Part shown: positions 1 through 9,337 of the stretch, piece after piece
Layout: every line of letters begins with the position of its first letter
How positions within the stretch are numbered: the stretch's first letter is position 1
Source of the DNA: Nitrosopumilus sp.
Lineage (GTDB): Archaea; Thermoproteota; Nitrososphaeria; Nitrososphaerales; Nitrosopumilaceae
NCBI GenBank assembly: GCA_965205215.1
Contig: OZ242041.1
Coordinates: 544,001-608,000 of the forward strand
Direction: 5' to 3'
DNA: 64,000 nt
Made by a program: the position numbers and the translations under genes
Notes under the pieces: generated by a model
Databases searched by the model: none
Told to the model about the DNA's origin: nothing
The model's input: the letters and a program-made list of their open reading frames with translations, nothing else

Positions 1-651
1 GAGATATGCTGTGCCGCTAACGGAGTTACAGTTTATGGCTACGATACTTTCAAACCACTTGTAGAATTCTGGCAATGCCTTTTGAATAATCCCCGCAAAC
101 TAGTGGAAATTGTAAGAAAACATTTTCCATTATCTAAGGAAAAATTCTACAAGTTACAAAAATCACAGCAAGATATTCGTTCAAAATATGAGCGAGCCGC
201 GGTCTTCTTTGTACTTAATAGATCCTCATTTTCTGGTACAACTATGTCTGGTGGAATGTCACCTGGCCATCCGCGCTTTACTCAATCATCTATAGAACGA
301 CTAGAAACATTTAAAATTAAGAACCTGAAGGTGAATCTAGCTGATTTCCGAGAATCCATATTACAGTCTAAGAGCAATCTACTCTATCTTGACCCCCCAT
401 ACCCTCTGAAAAACTGCAACCTATATGGTGACAGAGGTAACTTACACAGTGGTTTTGATCACAAAGGACTTGCAGATATTCTTCATAATAGAGACACATG
501 GATATTGTCTTATACTGATTCAGAGTATGTATCTAATCTCTACAAGGGTTATGCTATAATCAAACCTGCATGGAAGTATGGAATGTCTAGTAACAAAAAC
601 TCACGAGAAGTGCTAATACTGAGCCACGACTTAGCAGAGATGAGATTGTGA
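1..651 (+). CDS. Dam-like (D12 class) N6-adenine DNA methyltransferase, 5'-truncated by the window
   Basis: Frame is open from base 1 (EICCAANGVTVYGYD...). Contains LYLDPPY motif IV, FFVLNRSSFSG and a C-terminal EVLI. Low GC. Confidence 0.85.
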   Translation, partial: EICCAANGVTVYGYDTFKPLVEFWQCLLNNPRKLVEIVRKHFPLSKEKFYKLQKSQQDIRSKYERAAVFFVLNRSSFSGTTMSGGMSPGHPRFTQSSIERLETFKIKNLKVNLADFRESILQSKSNLLYLDPPYPLKNCNLYGDRGNLHSGFDHKGLADILHNRDTWILSYTDSEYVSNLYKGYAIIKPAWKYGMSSNKNSREVLILSHDLAEMRL

Positions 652-1598
652 TGCCAACTCAAACTGAATCTGGAAAGGCTTTTGAATACTCACTAGCTGT
701 TGCATTGTTTGAAAAAATAAAATCTAAGCAGGATGTAGAACTTGTATTGGATTCCTCTTATGATGCGGCCTTGTATTGTTTCAACATTTTTGATACTATC
801 GGACAAAACCAGTACGCATTGGCATCTAAATCTGCTGTGAATCACATCGTTGATCTTGAACCATATCTAGAAAATCCTATTAATTCTAATACAAAGCTCA
901 CAATTAAAATTCAGCCAGATCAGCGTGGCATTCTGGGTGATGCTAGAGACATAATTGTCACAAACTATGATAATGACTGGCAAATTGGTTTTTCCGCAAA
1001 GAACAATCATACCGCGGTCAAACATTCTAGATTGTCTGATAAGATTGACTTTGGTAAGAAGTGGTTCGGTTTGAAATGCTCGCAACGTTATATGGACGAG
1101 GTAAAACAGATCTTAGGAAACATAAGAAAACTAGTTGAAGAAGGTAGGTATGAAACATGGAATCAGCTGCTGGATAAGGAGGAAGAGTACTACAAACCTG
1201 TGTTAATGGCATTTAAGGCCGAGATAGAACATATGGCGTTAACTCATTCTGAGGTGCCGAGTCTTCTTGCAAAATATATCATAGGCAAATATGATTTTTA
1301 CAAGATAATGAAATATCATCATTATACAAAAATTCAGGGGTTTAATCTTGATGGAACACTTAATCAAAAATCAGGTAAAATAAAGGCACGTTACAAGGTA
1401 GAAAAATTAAAGCTTCCAACTAGGTTGGTAGAGAGCGGCCTGTATAACAACAATACACTTAAAATGATTTTTGACAACGGTTGGCATCTTTCATTTCGAA
1501 TACATAATGCAAGTACAATGCTAGAACCATCGCTGAAATTTGATGTGCAGTTGGTAGGCAACCCAAGCAGTATGTACACTGATCAGGAATCATGGTAG
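648..1598 (+). CDS. HaeIII-family type II restriction endonuclease
   Basis: GKAFEY, GDARDI, SAKNNHTAVKHSRLS...DFGKKW and SFRIHNAS..EPSLKFDVQ match the HaeIII-family pattern. Overlaps the MTase stop. Confidence 0.8.
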   Translation: MMPTQTESGKAFEYSLAVALFEKIKSKQDVELVLDSSYDAALYCFNIFDTIGQNQYALASKSAVNHIVDLEPYLENPINSNTKLTIKIQPDQRGILGDARDIIVTNYDNDWQIGFSAKNNHTAVKHSRLSDKIDFGKKWFGLKCSQRYMDEVKQILGNIRKLVEEGRYETWNQLLDKEEEYYKPVLMAFKAEIEHMALTHSEVPSLLAKYIIGKYDFYKIMKYHHYTKIQGFNLDGTLNQKSGKIKARYKVEKLKLPTRLVESGLYNNNTLKMIFDNGWHLSFRIHNASTMLEPSLKFDVQLVGNPSSMYTDQESW

Positions 1599-1600
1599 GA

Positions 1601-1675
1601 AGGGCTCGGAGGGCTTCGATCCCTCGACCTGGCGGTCCGAAGCCGCCCGCACTATCCAGACTGTGCTACGAGTCC
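1601..1675 (-). tRNA. tRNA-Arg(TCG)
   Basis: Reverse complement GGACTCGTAGCACAGTCTGGATAGTGCGGGCGGCTTCGGACCGCCAGGTCGAGGGATCGAAGCCCTCCGAGCCCT folds as a cloverleaf. Anticodon arm is GGCGG-CT TCG GA-CCGCC. One A:C mismatch in the acceptor stem. Confidence 0.9.
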
Positions 1676-1718
1676 GAAAAGAGAAGGCTTTTAGACGTCT
1701 AAATACCTGCCTAGCGCC

Positions 1719-2924
1719 TTGAAGGTATCGCGGAGAGTCGCAGGTGTAGAGTACGCCATCAGGGATATAGTACTGGCGGCGCGCGACGTGCAGCGCCGCG
1801 GCGTTGCCATAGACTACCTGAATATCGGCGACCCCGTGCAGTACGGGTTCCAGCCGCCCGAGAACGTCAGGCAGGCGCTCATCGACGCCGTAAACCGGGG
1901 CGAGAACTATTACGCCCCGTCAGAGGGCCTGCCGGAGCTGCGGGAGGCCATAGCCAAAAAGGAGTCCGCAAAGGGGCTGTCAGTATCGGCCGACGACGTG
2001 GTGGTTACAAACGGCGTCTCAGAGGCGCTCGACATGGTGATATCCTCCATAGTCGAGGAGGGCGACGAGGTGCTGCTGCCGGGCCCCTACTATCCCCCGT
2101 ACGCGTCCTACGTGCGGCTGCGCGGCGGCACGCCGGTGGAGTTTGCAATGAACCTAGAGGAGTCGTCAGTCGACATAGACGACATCAAGTCCAGAATCAC
2201 GCCGAGAACGGTCGCCATCTGCCTGATAAGCCCCAACAACCCCAGCGGCGTAGTGTTTGACAAGAAGAGCCTCGCCGAGATGGTCCGCATCGCAGAGGAG
2301 CACAGCCTGTACCTGATATGCGACGAGATATACGACCATATCACGTTTGACGACAGCGGCGGCGGCCGGTTCGCCGGGGTGGGCGGGGTGGCCGGCACGG
2401 CCCCCGTCATAATACTCAACGGATTCTCAAAGGTGCACCTGATGACCGGGTGGCGCATGGGGTACGTGGCGTTCAACGGCGCGTCCGCGCATCTTGACGG
2501 CATCCGGGAGAACCTGCCAAAGCTTGCAAGGGTGCGCATAACCACGAACCTGCCGTTCCAGCACGCCGCGCTAGAGTCGCTGCGCGGGCCGCAGGACTAC
2601 ATCGGCAGGTTCGTATCCGAGGTGCGCAGGCGCCGCGACTATATCATCCCGAGACTCAACGAGATTCCCGGCATATCGTGCGCCATGCCGAGGGGCGCGT
2701 TCTACGCGTTTCCAAAGATAGAGGACTGCGCCAAGAGGTTCGGCGGCGACAAGAACTTTGTCATGTCGCTGCTTGAGAAAAAGGGCGTGCTTACGGTACA
2801 CGGCTCGGGGTTCGGCGAGCAGTACGGCTCGGGGCACTTTCGCATAGTGTACCTGCCGGACATACCGGTGCTGGAATCTGCCATGTCAAAGCTAGAGGAT
2901 TTCATGGCTAGTAGCTCCAGCTAG
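1719..2924 (+). CDS. PLP-dependent class I/II aminotransferase (alanine/aspartate type)
   Basis: LNIGDP, SPNNPSG, CDEIYD and GFSKVHLMTGWRMGY PLP-lysine motif. Confidence 0.93.
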   Translation: MKVSRRVAGVEYAIRDIVLAARDVQRRGVAIDYLNIGDPVQYGFQPPENVRQALIDAVNRGENYYAPSEGLPELREAIAKKESAKGLSVSADDVVVTNGVSEALDMVISSIVEEGDEVLLPGPYYPPYASYVRLRGGTPVEFAMNLEESSVDIDDIKSRITPRTVAICLISPNNPSGVVFDKKSLAEMVRIAEEHSLYLICDEIYDHITFDDSGGGRFAGVGGVAGTAPVIILNGFSKVHLMTGWRMGYVAFNGASAHLDGIRENLPKLARVRITTNLPFQHAALESLRGPQDYIGRFVSEVRRRRDYIIPRLNEIPGISCAMPRGAFYAFPKIEDCAKRFGGDKNFVMSLLEKKGVLTVHGSGFGEQYGSGHFRIVYLPDIPVLESAMSKLEDFMASSSS

Positions 2925-3321
2925 CCATGTGGTCCGGCACTATGCGTATGATACAGTCGGTGTCTGCCAGCAATTCTTGCGCGGCCGGGTCGTCAATCGT
3001 GTCATAGTACCTTGCAAGTATCCTGGACGCGGTGGCGGCGACGCCATCCTTTAGAAGCGAGGCCCTGCCGCGCCCCGACACCCCGAATATGTCCGGGGAG
3101 TGCACCCCGACGTCGACGCAGAACGCGGCGCGTCCAGTCTTCTCCACGTTCTTGGCCTTTGCGGTCCTGGTGTGAGTACCTATGTAGAAAACCTCATTCT
3201 CGTACAGGTACCACACCGGCACGACGTGCGGTGTCCCGTCCCCGCTCACAGTCGCAAGGCGCATAGTCTGCTGCGTTTTCAGGAACCTTTCCACCTGCTC
3301 TTTGGTGTGCCGCGCAGTCAC
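2908..3321 (-). CDS. Pyridoxamine 5'-phosphate oxidase-like (split barrel, F420/FMN-binding) protein
   Basis: MRLATVSGDGTPHVVPVWY...AKAKN motif. Start reassigned to the GTG at 3321, which overlaps the upstream stop (GTGA). Confidence 0.8.
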   Translation of the reverse strand: MTARHTKEQVERFLKTQQTMRLATVSGDGTPHVVPVWYLYENEVFYIGTHTRTAKAKNVEKTGRAAFCVDVGVHSPDIFGVSGRGRASLLKDGVAATASRILARYYDTIDDPAAQELLADTDCIIRIVPDHMASWSY

Positions 3322-3572
3322 TGCGTGCCGGGCCCCCTCGTGGGCGCGTTGCGCCTGAACCCCATCGCGATCATGAATGCTCCGAACCCGAGCATGCCGG
3401 CCGACACCTTTTCGTTGGTTACCTCGGCGTTTACCAGAAAGTCTGCCACGAACTCGGGGCCCCACACCAGCAGCTGCTGCACCAGTACTATGCACGCCAT
3501 TATGACGAACAGCGCCCCGACTGCAGTATACCAGTTTCTGCCCCTGCGCTTGTACTCGCTGCCACCGCTCAT
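3318..3572 (-). CDS. Small two-TM membrane protein
   Basis: Two hydrophobic stretches. Lies in an operon between npdG and the PPOX-like gene. Start taken at MSGG. Confidence 0.6.
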   Translation of the reverse strand: MSGGSEYKRRGRNWYTAVGALFVIMACIVLVQQLLVWGPEFVADFLVNAEVTNEKVSAGMLGFGAFMIAMGFRRNAPTRGPGTQ

Positions 3573-3638
3573 GGTCCCGACATAGTCATGCGTCACGTCA
3601 TATATTATGTCATGCCAGCTTTGCGTCATGCAATTTGG

Positions 3639-4316
3639 TCATACCAGCTTTATGCCGGGGTTCCTCATCTTGTTCCGTATCATGGCGTTGAGCAGGAGCG
3701 GGGTTGCGATCTCGGCCATGTATGCCAGCTTGCCGGGGCCCAGCAGTATGGGCCGCAGCCCCTCTATCTCCGATATGAACCCGCATATCTCGTCCGTGGC
3801 CCGCTTGTCGTCGCCGCACACGAAGATGTCATAGTCAAGCTTGATTGCGGGATTGGCAAGCTTTTTCTCGGATATCACGTGGAACGCCGACACCAAACCC
3901 CTGCCGCCGTCACTCATATGGGCTGCGACTGACTCGTGCGACGTCTTTGCGCCATGTTTCATCGGGATGAACTCAAACCCCGCGTCGGTCTTCTCCATGG
4001 GGACTATGGGCGACACCACCGTGCAGCCGTCCCCGACCCGGGGCAGTATCCCCGCGCACGTGGCATCAATGTTGCCGTACGGTATGGAGAGTATCAGGAT
4101 GTCGCTGTTCTCGGCCACCTCGGGGTTGGCGCCGCCGGTTATGTCAGTCTGTACGCCGTATATGGCGTCGGCCTCCTTTTGGTATGCCGCGGCAGCCTCC
4201 GCTGCCCTTGCCGCGTCCCTCGAGCCTATTAGTATGGGGTGGTCCTGGGCCCATCTCATGGCAAACCCCTTGCCCATTCCCCCGGTGCCCCCTATGATCC
4301 CGACGGTCTTGGCCAT
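3639..4316 (-). CDS. npdG: NADPH-dependent F420 reductase
   Basis: GIIGGTGGMGKG Rossmann motif, IGSRDAARA, SAFH, DIFVCGDD. Confidence 0.9.
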   Translation of the reverse strand: MAKTVGIIGGTGGMGKGFAMRWAQDHPILIGSRDAARAAEAAAAYQKEADAIYGVQTDITGGANPEVAENSDILILSIPYGNIDATCAGILPRVGDGCTVVSPIVPMEKTDAGFEFIPMKHGAKTSHESVAAHMSDGGRGLVSAFHVISEKKLANPAIKLDYDIFVCGDDKRATDEICGFISEIEGLRPILLGPGKLAYMAEIATPLLLNAMIRNKMRNPGIKLV

Positions 4317-4370
4317 TCAACGGATGACCATATGACTTATTATTATCTCTATTCGAGGGCGGATACCTTG

Positions 4371-5039
4371 GTGCGTCATATCATTATGGTCCGGCACGGC
4401 CAGGCCCGGAACAACGTGGAGCGAAAGCTTGCCGGCCGCATGGACGGCGTCCCGCTGACGCCGGAGGGCGTGAGGCAGGCGCGGCACGCGGCCAAAATGC
4501 TCGCGTCGGCCGGCGTGTCTGCTATATACTCGAGCCCGATTGAGAGGGCGGCCGAGACCGCGCGGATGATATCAGAAGAGTGCGGCGTGCCGGTTACAAT
4601 CGACGAGCGGCTGACTGAAATCGACATGGGCAAGTTCACCGGCATGACGTTTGAGGAGGTGGTGTCGGGCCACGACGACATATTTGCAAAGTTCTACGGG
4701 GGGGACGTCGAGATTGCGCACAAGGGGGTGGAGACGTTCGAGCAGGTCAGGAGGCGCGTCACCGGGATTGTGTCGGAGGTGCTGTCAGGCGGCGGTGATG
4801 CTGATGGCAGCGGCAAAGGCGCCGCTGATGATAATGATGATGATAATGGGAACGCCGTGCTTGTCACGCACATGGACCCGATAAAGGCCATGCTAGGCGA
4901 GATAGCCGGGATATCGCCCGAGCGGCTCCTGCACGCCGAGATTGCAAACGCCGCGCTCAACGTGTTCCGAAAGGAGGCCGACGGAAGCCTGTCCCTGCTG
5001 GCGCTCAACGTGATGGACGCGTCCAGGTTCGCCGCGTGA
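4371..5039 (+). CDS. Histidine phosphatase family protein
   Basis: RHGQ, YSSPIERAAETA, LTEIDMG and LVTH motifs. Start placed near 4368-4371. Confidence 0.88.
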   Translation: MRHIIMVRHGQARNNVERKLAGRMDGVPLTPEGVRQARHAAKMLASAGVSAIYSSPIERAAETARMISEECGVPVTIDERLTEIDMGKFTGMTFEEVVSGHDDIFAKFYGGDVEIAHKGVETFEQVRRRVTGIVSEVLSGGGDADGSGKGAADDNDDDNGNAVLVTHMDPIKAMLGEIAGISPERLLHAEIANAALNVFRKEADGSLSLLALNVMDASRFAA

Positions 5040-5822
5040 TGCGGCGCGCACGACGCGTGCCAGAAAGGGGGGAGGGGCGGGAGGCGCCAAAGAAGGGCGT
5101 TCACCGACGCCATGCGCGCGGATGGCTCAGCTGCCACGTGCCTTGGGGTATGGTTGGCCTGGGCCTCCCCGTCTTGCGCCGCGCGTGCGCGGCGGCAGGG
5201 CTGCGGCACGCGTACCTTGCAGAGGCCCTCCGCTTCCACACAAGCGGCCGGTTTGTACGCTATGCTGGAATGTGCGGAGATGGGAAAAATGACGGTGGCG
5301 TCACACCGCCTACGCCGGGGCATTCGGGTATGAAGACGCCCGAACCCGAGCGGCCCTTTAGAGCCCGCCGGATCCCTACGCCTCCCTCCGAGGCATCCCC
5401 CCCGCATCCGGGCTTGCAGAAAAGGAGGCCTCTGGCGGGCGCGTGCGCGTTACCAAAGGTGCACAGCCAGAGGGACGGGATTCCCAAACCGGAAGATCCG
5501 GCCCAAGCCGGTTGGTGGAACAGCGTATCGCATCGCCGTAATTGGACTGGTGGACCCGGGTGTGGGCGCACAACGCCCCTGCCTAGACCGGCAAGGCGGC
5601 AGTTGACATGGCAGTGCGCTTGTCGGGACTCCTTAGCTGCCCCGCAAGGGATCTCCAGACACTGCTTGAGGGGGGAATAAAAAGCGGATCTACGGAAAGG
5701 CATCCTGAGGGCAGGCAGGGCGGGCGCCGCTATTGTCCCACGGCCCATCTGTGCAACAACGCCAAGACTCGCAAGAAATATTACATCCCGGCAAACATAT
5801 TCACATACAGGAACGAAACAGT

Positions 5823-6143
5823 ATGATGACCGCTGAGATCCTTTCGACCATGGTGGACCGTATAGTAGGCCAGTTCCACCCTGCTAGCATAATGCTCTTC
5901 GGATCACAGGCACGCGGCGACACCAACGAGTCAAGTGACGTGGACCTGTTAGTAGTGATGAACGAGGTTCAAGACAAACGCCAAGCCGCAATCGCAATAC
6001 GGCGGTTACTGCTGGACATTCCAATCAGCAAGGACATAGTGGTAACTACCCCGGACGAGATCGATAGGCGGAGATCCGTAGTAGGAAACGTGATCCATGA
6101 GGCGTTTAGGGAGGGTAGAATTCTATATGAGCAACAACAATAA
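5823..6143 (+). CDS. Minimal nucleotidyltransferase (MNT) antitoxin
   Basis: LFGSQARGD..SDVDLLV motif. Overlaps the HEPN gene. Confidence 0.88.
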   Translation: MMTAEILSTMVDRIVGQFHPASIMLFGSQARGDTNESSDVDLLVVMNEVQDKRQAAIAIRRLLLDIPISKDIVVTTPDEIDRRRSVVGNVIHEAFREGRILYEQQQ

Positions 6144-6540
6144 CATCATCCAAGAATCGCTTCGCTGGCTGCGCTTCGCTAACGATGACCTTGATGTGGC
6201 ATTGCACTTGATGCGTGGAACTCGGACTGCTCCTAGACACGCCTGCTGGCTCTGTCAGCAAGCTGCAGAAAAGGCACTGAAAGCAGCCCTGGTATCAGAA
6301 AGCATCCATTTTCCATTCACCCACGACTTGCACATTTTACGTGGCCTACTCCCAGAAGGTTGGGCCGTACGGGATACGTACAAGGACATGTCCAATCTTA
6401 TCGAATGGGCAGTCGATGCGCGATATCCCGGAGAATCTCCAGAGCCCACCGACGAGGATGCACTCAAGGCAGAATCTGAAGCCCGTTCAATTCTGGACTC
6501 AGTAGACGCGGAGTTCAAGCGTCGCGGTATGTCTGTCTGA
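6127..6540 (+). CDS. HEPN domain protein (MNT-HEPN pair)
   Basis: WLRFANDDL, ACWLCQQAAEKALKA, THDL and ARYP. Confidence 0.88.
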   Translation: MSNNNNIIQESLRWLRFANDDLDVALHLMRGTRTAPRHACWLCQQAAEKALKAALVSESIHFPFTHDLHILRGLLPEGWAVRDTYKDMSNLIEWAVDARYPGESPEPTDEDALKAESEARSILDSVDAEFKRRGMSV

Positions 6541-6971
6541 TAGACAATATGCGCAATCGAAGAAAAAATCTCCACAGGCGTGCGGGCTCCTGCAGATATG
6601 GGCCAGATGATCAAGCATGGCGGGCCAAGTACCCGAAGTTTGAGATTCCAGGCAGGCCCATCCACTGTCAAAGCAGGCCAGAAAGGTCGATGGGGGTCTG
6701 GCCCGCATTTGCAAGAACCCCGACGCGTTATTCGTACCGGCGGCCAAGACTGGAAACTGGTATGCCAAGCAACGGCTGAAGCGTGGCTTTAAGATAGGCG
6801 GCAAGCAATGCCGCATAATACTCGCGGAATCCGGGGCCTGTCTCGATTCGGTGGCAAAGCCGCATCTGGGTGCATCCTTCTCTGGCGCCGTCTGCCGGCG
6901 TTCAGCCCGGGTTCAGCGCGAACTTGGGCACGTCAGAGCTTTGGAAAGCCGGAGTGCTATGACGGCCGGCA

Positions 6972-8138
6972 TCAAATCCTTTCATATCTGATGTCTGCTG
7001 CAATGTCGAGGTCTACCAGGCTCTTCCCCGTGATTTTACTGACGTTCGTATAAAAGTCGTTAAACTCACGATACTGGTCCATGTCAACGCTGGCCAGCTC
7101 TCTGTAGGCGCAGATGTCTGCCAGCATGTCTGCGGATCTCCTGTTGTACACCATGAACTCTTCCGGCCGCAGTGCCATGGCAAGTCCCGTTAGGACGGCG
7201 GAACCAAAGTTCCGCCTTCCGTCGGTGAATGCCTCCAACTTCTCGTAGAGTTCGTCGGGTTCACTGCTGCGTATGTAAAAAGCCTCAACCATGTCCAAAA
7301 ATTTTCTTCTATCTGTAAGGTCATATTCACCAAGGAGCGTTCTGGCTATGCCCCAGTACCTGCCCGGCACTGACAGCCTTGCTATGTCGTTGATCCGGCG
7401 GGCGCCCAATTCGGGAAACGATTCCTTCATTATTCCCTTTAGTGTCGTTTTCTCTCCGTCTTTGTATTGTAGGATGTTGAGGTATGTGCGTATCATATCC
7501 CTGAACCGGTCTCTGTTTTCAAACCTGCCCCTGTTTGCAACTACGTATTTGTTGAATTTCTGCACGGCGGCGTGCACCCTGCTTATGTTGTCACGAGCCT
7601 CCTCAACGTATTTCCTAGCATTCGGCTTCTGTCCAAAGCGTTTTCTGAGCTTCCCTTCGACTTCTGCTTTTATCTGGCCTATCTGGTATTGCTGTACACT
7701 GTCCTTTGATATCTGGCTTGCAAGCTTTTCGCAGGCCTTCTTGTCCCCTATGCTTATTCTGGGCTGCAGGCTGCCTTTGAGGACGCTCCAAGTGCGCCCA
7801 TCGGTAGCCACACCAACGAACAGGGAGCCTTCGCAATAGTCCCTTATCTGGGGTTCGGCCGCCTCTATGTCCCCTAGTGTCTTTGCCTCGATCAGAACGC
7901 ACGGCACTCCGTGAACAAAAAGCACATAGTCCAGCGTGCCTCCGGTTCTGGCTGGATTTCTGTATTCGCGCCTTACTTCCTTGTTGTCCGCGGTATTCCA
8001 GCCTAGGGCCTCTAGCATCGGCTCAATCAGAACTGCTCTGGTGTCTGCCTCGCTATGTAGGACGTTGTCGTTTTTCTTGATTCGGCCTGCAACCTCTCTT
8101 ATGGCAACTTTCAAGCTTTTTGGGCATTGGCCGGACAT
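6972..8138 (-). CDS. HsdR N-terminal-like restriction nuclease domain protein
   Basis: SEADTRAVLIEPMLEALGW, EVRREY, DYVL, IEAK and ATDGRTW, followed by a C-terminal helical domain. Start uncertain (8138-8228). Confidence 0.75.
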   Translation of the reverse strand: MSGQCPKSLKVAIREVAGRIKKNDNVLHSEADTRAVLIEPMLEALGWNTADNKEVRREYRNPARTGGTLDYVLFVHGVPCVLIEAKTLGDIEAAEPQIRDYCEGSLFVGVATDGRTWSVLKGSLQPRISIGDKKACEKLASQISKDSVQQYQIGQIKAEVEGKLRKRFGQKPNARKYVEEARDNISRVHAAVQKFNKYVVANRGRFENRDRFRDMIRTYLNILQYKDGEKTTLKGIMKESFPELGARRINDIARLSVPGRYWGIARTLLGEYDLTDRRKFLDMVEAFYIRSSEPDELYEKLEAFTDGRRNFGSAVLTGLAMALRPEEFMVYNRRSADMLADICAYRELASVDMDQYREFNDFYTNVSKITGKSLVDLDIAADIRYERI

Positions 8139-8350
8139 GTCATTGTTGCCACCAGATAGCATGTAAGCTTTGCCGCGGGGTGCTCTTGCAAAAATGGGCC
8201 AAATGTACGGTTCGGCAACCGCCGCCACTTGGCGGCTTCCGTGGAAACTGGACCGGGCGCCGCCTCCAGCATGAATCCGGACGCCGGCTCATTTCTGCAA
8301 ACAGAACCGTCCGGCGCAATAGATAAAGTCCGCCCAATGGTACCGGCTGC

Positions 8351-9061
8351 GTGAAAAACAGAAGACCCGAACCGCGGGGGGCGTCGCGCGAGCCACTGCA
8401 GCAAGTCGTCCTGAAGCCGGGTGACATTATCGTCCCCGACACCAACGTGATGCTATCCGCCATAGGGCTCAATAACGTGTCGAACTGGGAGGGCATACTG
8501 TGGTTCCTGCTTGCAAACATCAAGTCGCTCAGGGTGCCCAAAAGGGTGCAGGAAGAGATGGAGGGCGTGATGAACTGCCAGGATATGCACTCCGAATACC
8601 ACGGGAGACTGGCAAAGGTGAGCGGATACGAGCTGATCGAGCATGAACCGGATCCCGGCGTCCTGTCGCACCTGCGCAAGGCGCACAAGCGGGTCGCAGA
8701 CGATCCCGAGTCCAACAAGGCGCTGGACTGGCTGCGCGCAAAGCAGTTCATAATCGAGTCCAAGCATGGTGGGGAAGCGGCGGATCCGCGCGGGATGGGG
8801 TATGATGAGAAGGCGGACAGACTGCGTGAGATGTACGAGGACGCGGAGAGCGACCGCGTCATAGCGGCCCAGGCGGCGGCACTTGCCTTGAAACGCGGTT
8901 CTGCAAGAGTCAGAAGGGACGGCATGCATGAAACTGGCGGCGGCGGCACGGTGTACCTTGTCACCAACGACAGTGACATTACGCTCTTTGCAGGCAAGAT
9001 TCTTGATGCAACCGATCGCATGGTCAGGCCCGTCCGGCTTGACCAGCTTGTTGATGCGTGA
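8351..9061 (+). CDS. PIN-domain protein
   Basis: VPDTNVM, VPKRVQEE, DRVIAA and LVTNDSD acidic PIN motifs. Confidence 0.7.
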   Translation: MKNRRPEPRGASREPLQQVVLKPGDIIVPDTNVMLSAIGLNNVSNWEGILWFLLANIKSLRVPKRVQEEMEGVMNCQDMHSEYHGRLAKVSGYELIEHEPDPGVLSHLRKAHKRVADDPESNKALDWLRAKQFIIESKHGGEAADPRGMGYDEKADRLREMYEDAESDRVIAAQAAALALKRGSARVRRDGMHETGGGGTVYLVTNDSDITLFAGKILDATDRMVRPVRLDQLVDA

Positions 9062-9337
9062 TCGATCTCGCTTTGCTGGGCTCCTGAGACTGTTCGGGGC
9101 ATCCTATGCTGTTGGCGCTGGCAGTGGCGCCGCGCAAACTGCCCTTCGCCAACATTGGCCTGCGTGGGAGTGCCCGTCCACTCTCCTCCCCCCCACCTGT
9201 GATGAATGGATGTATAGACATGCGGCTAGTTTGGTGGACGGCATGCCCGGATGTTTGACGGATGGGGGCGGGGAAATACTGGCATGATGGACATGTTGGG
9301 CATAAAAACAGCCGGACCTGTCAAAATTCACAGCCGG

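Noticed and set aside
4824-4848. (GAT)n microsatellites here and at ~42148-42172
   Set aside because: These are low-complexity expansions like other Gly/Asp inserts in the window's core genes, with no sign of function.
5340-5720. RNase P or SRP RNA
   Set aside because: I could not find the RNase P P4 motifs or the SRP helix 8 motif on either strand.
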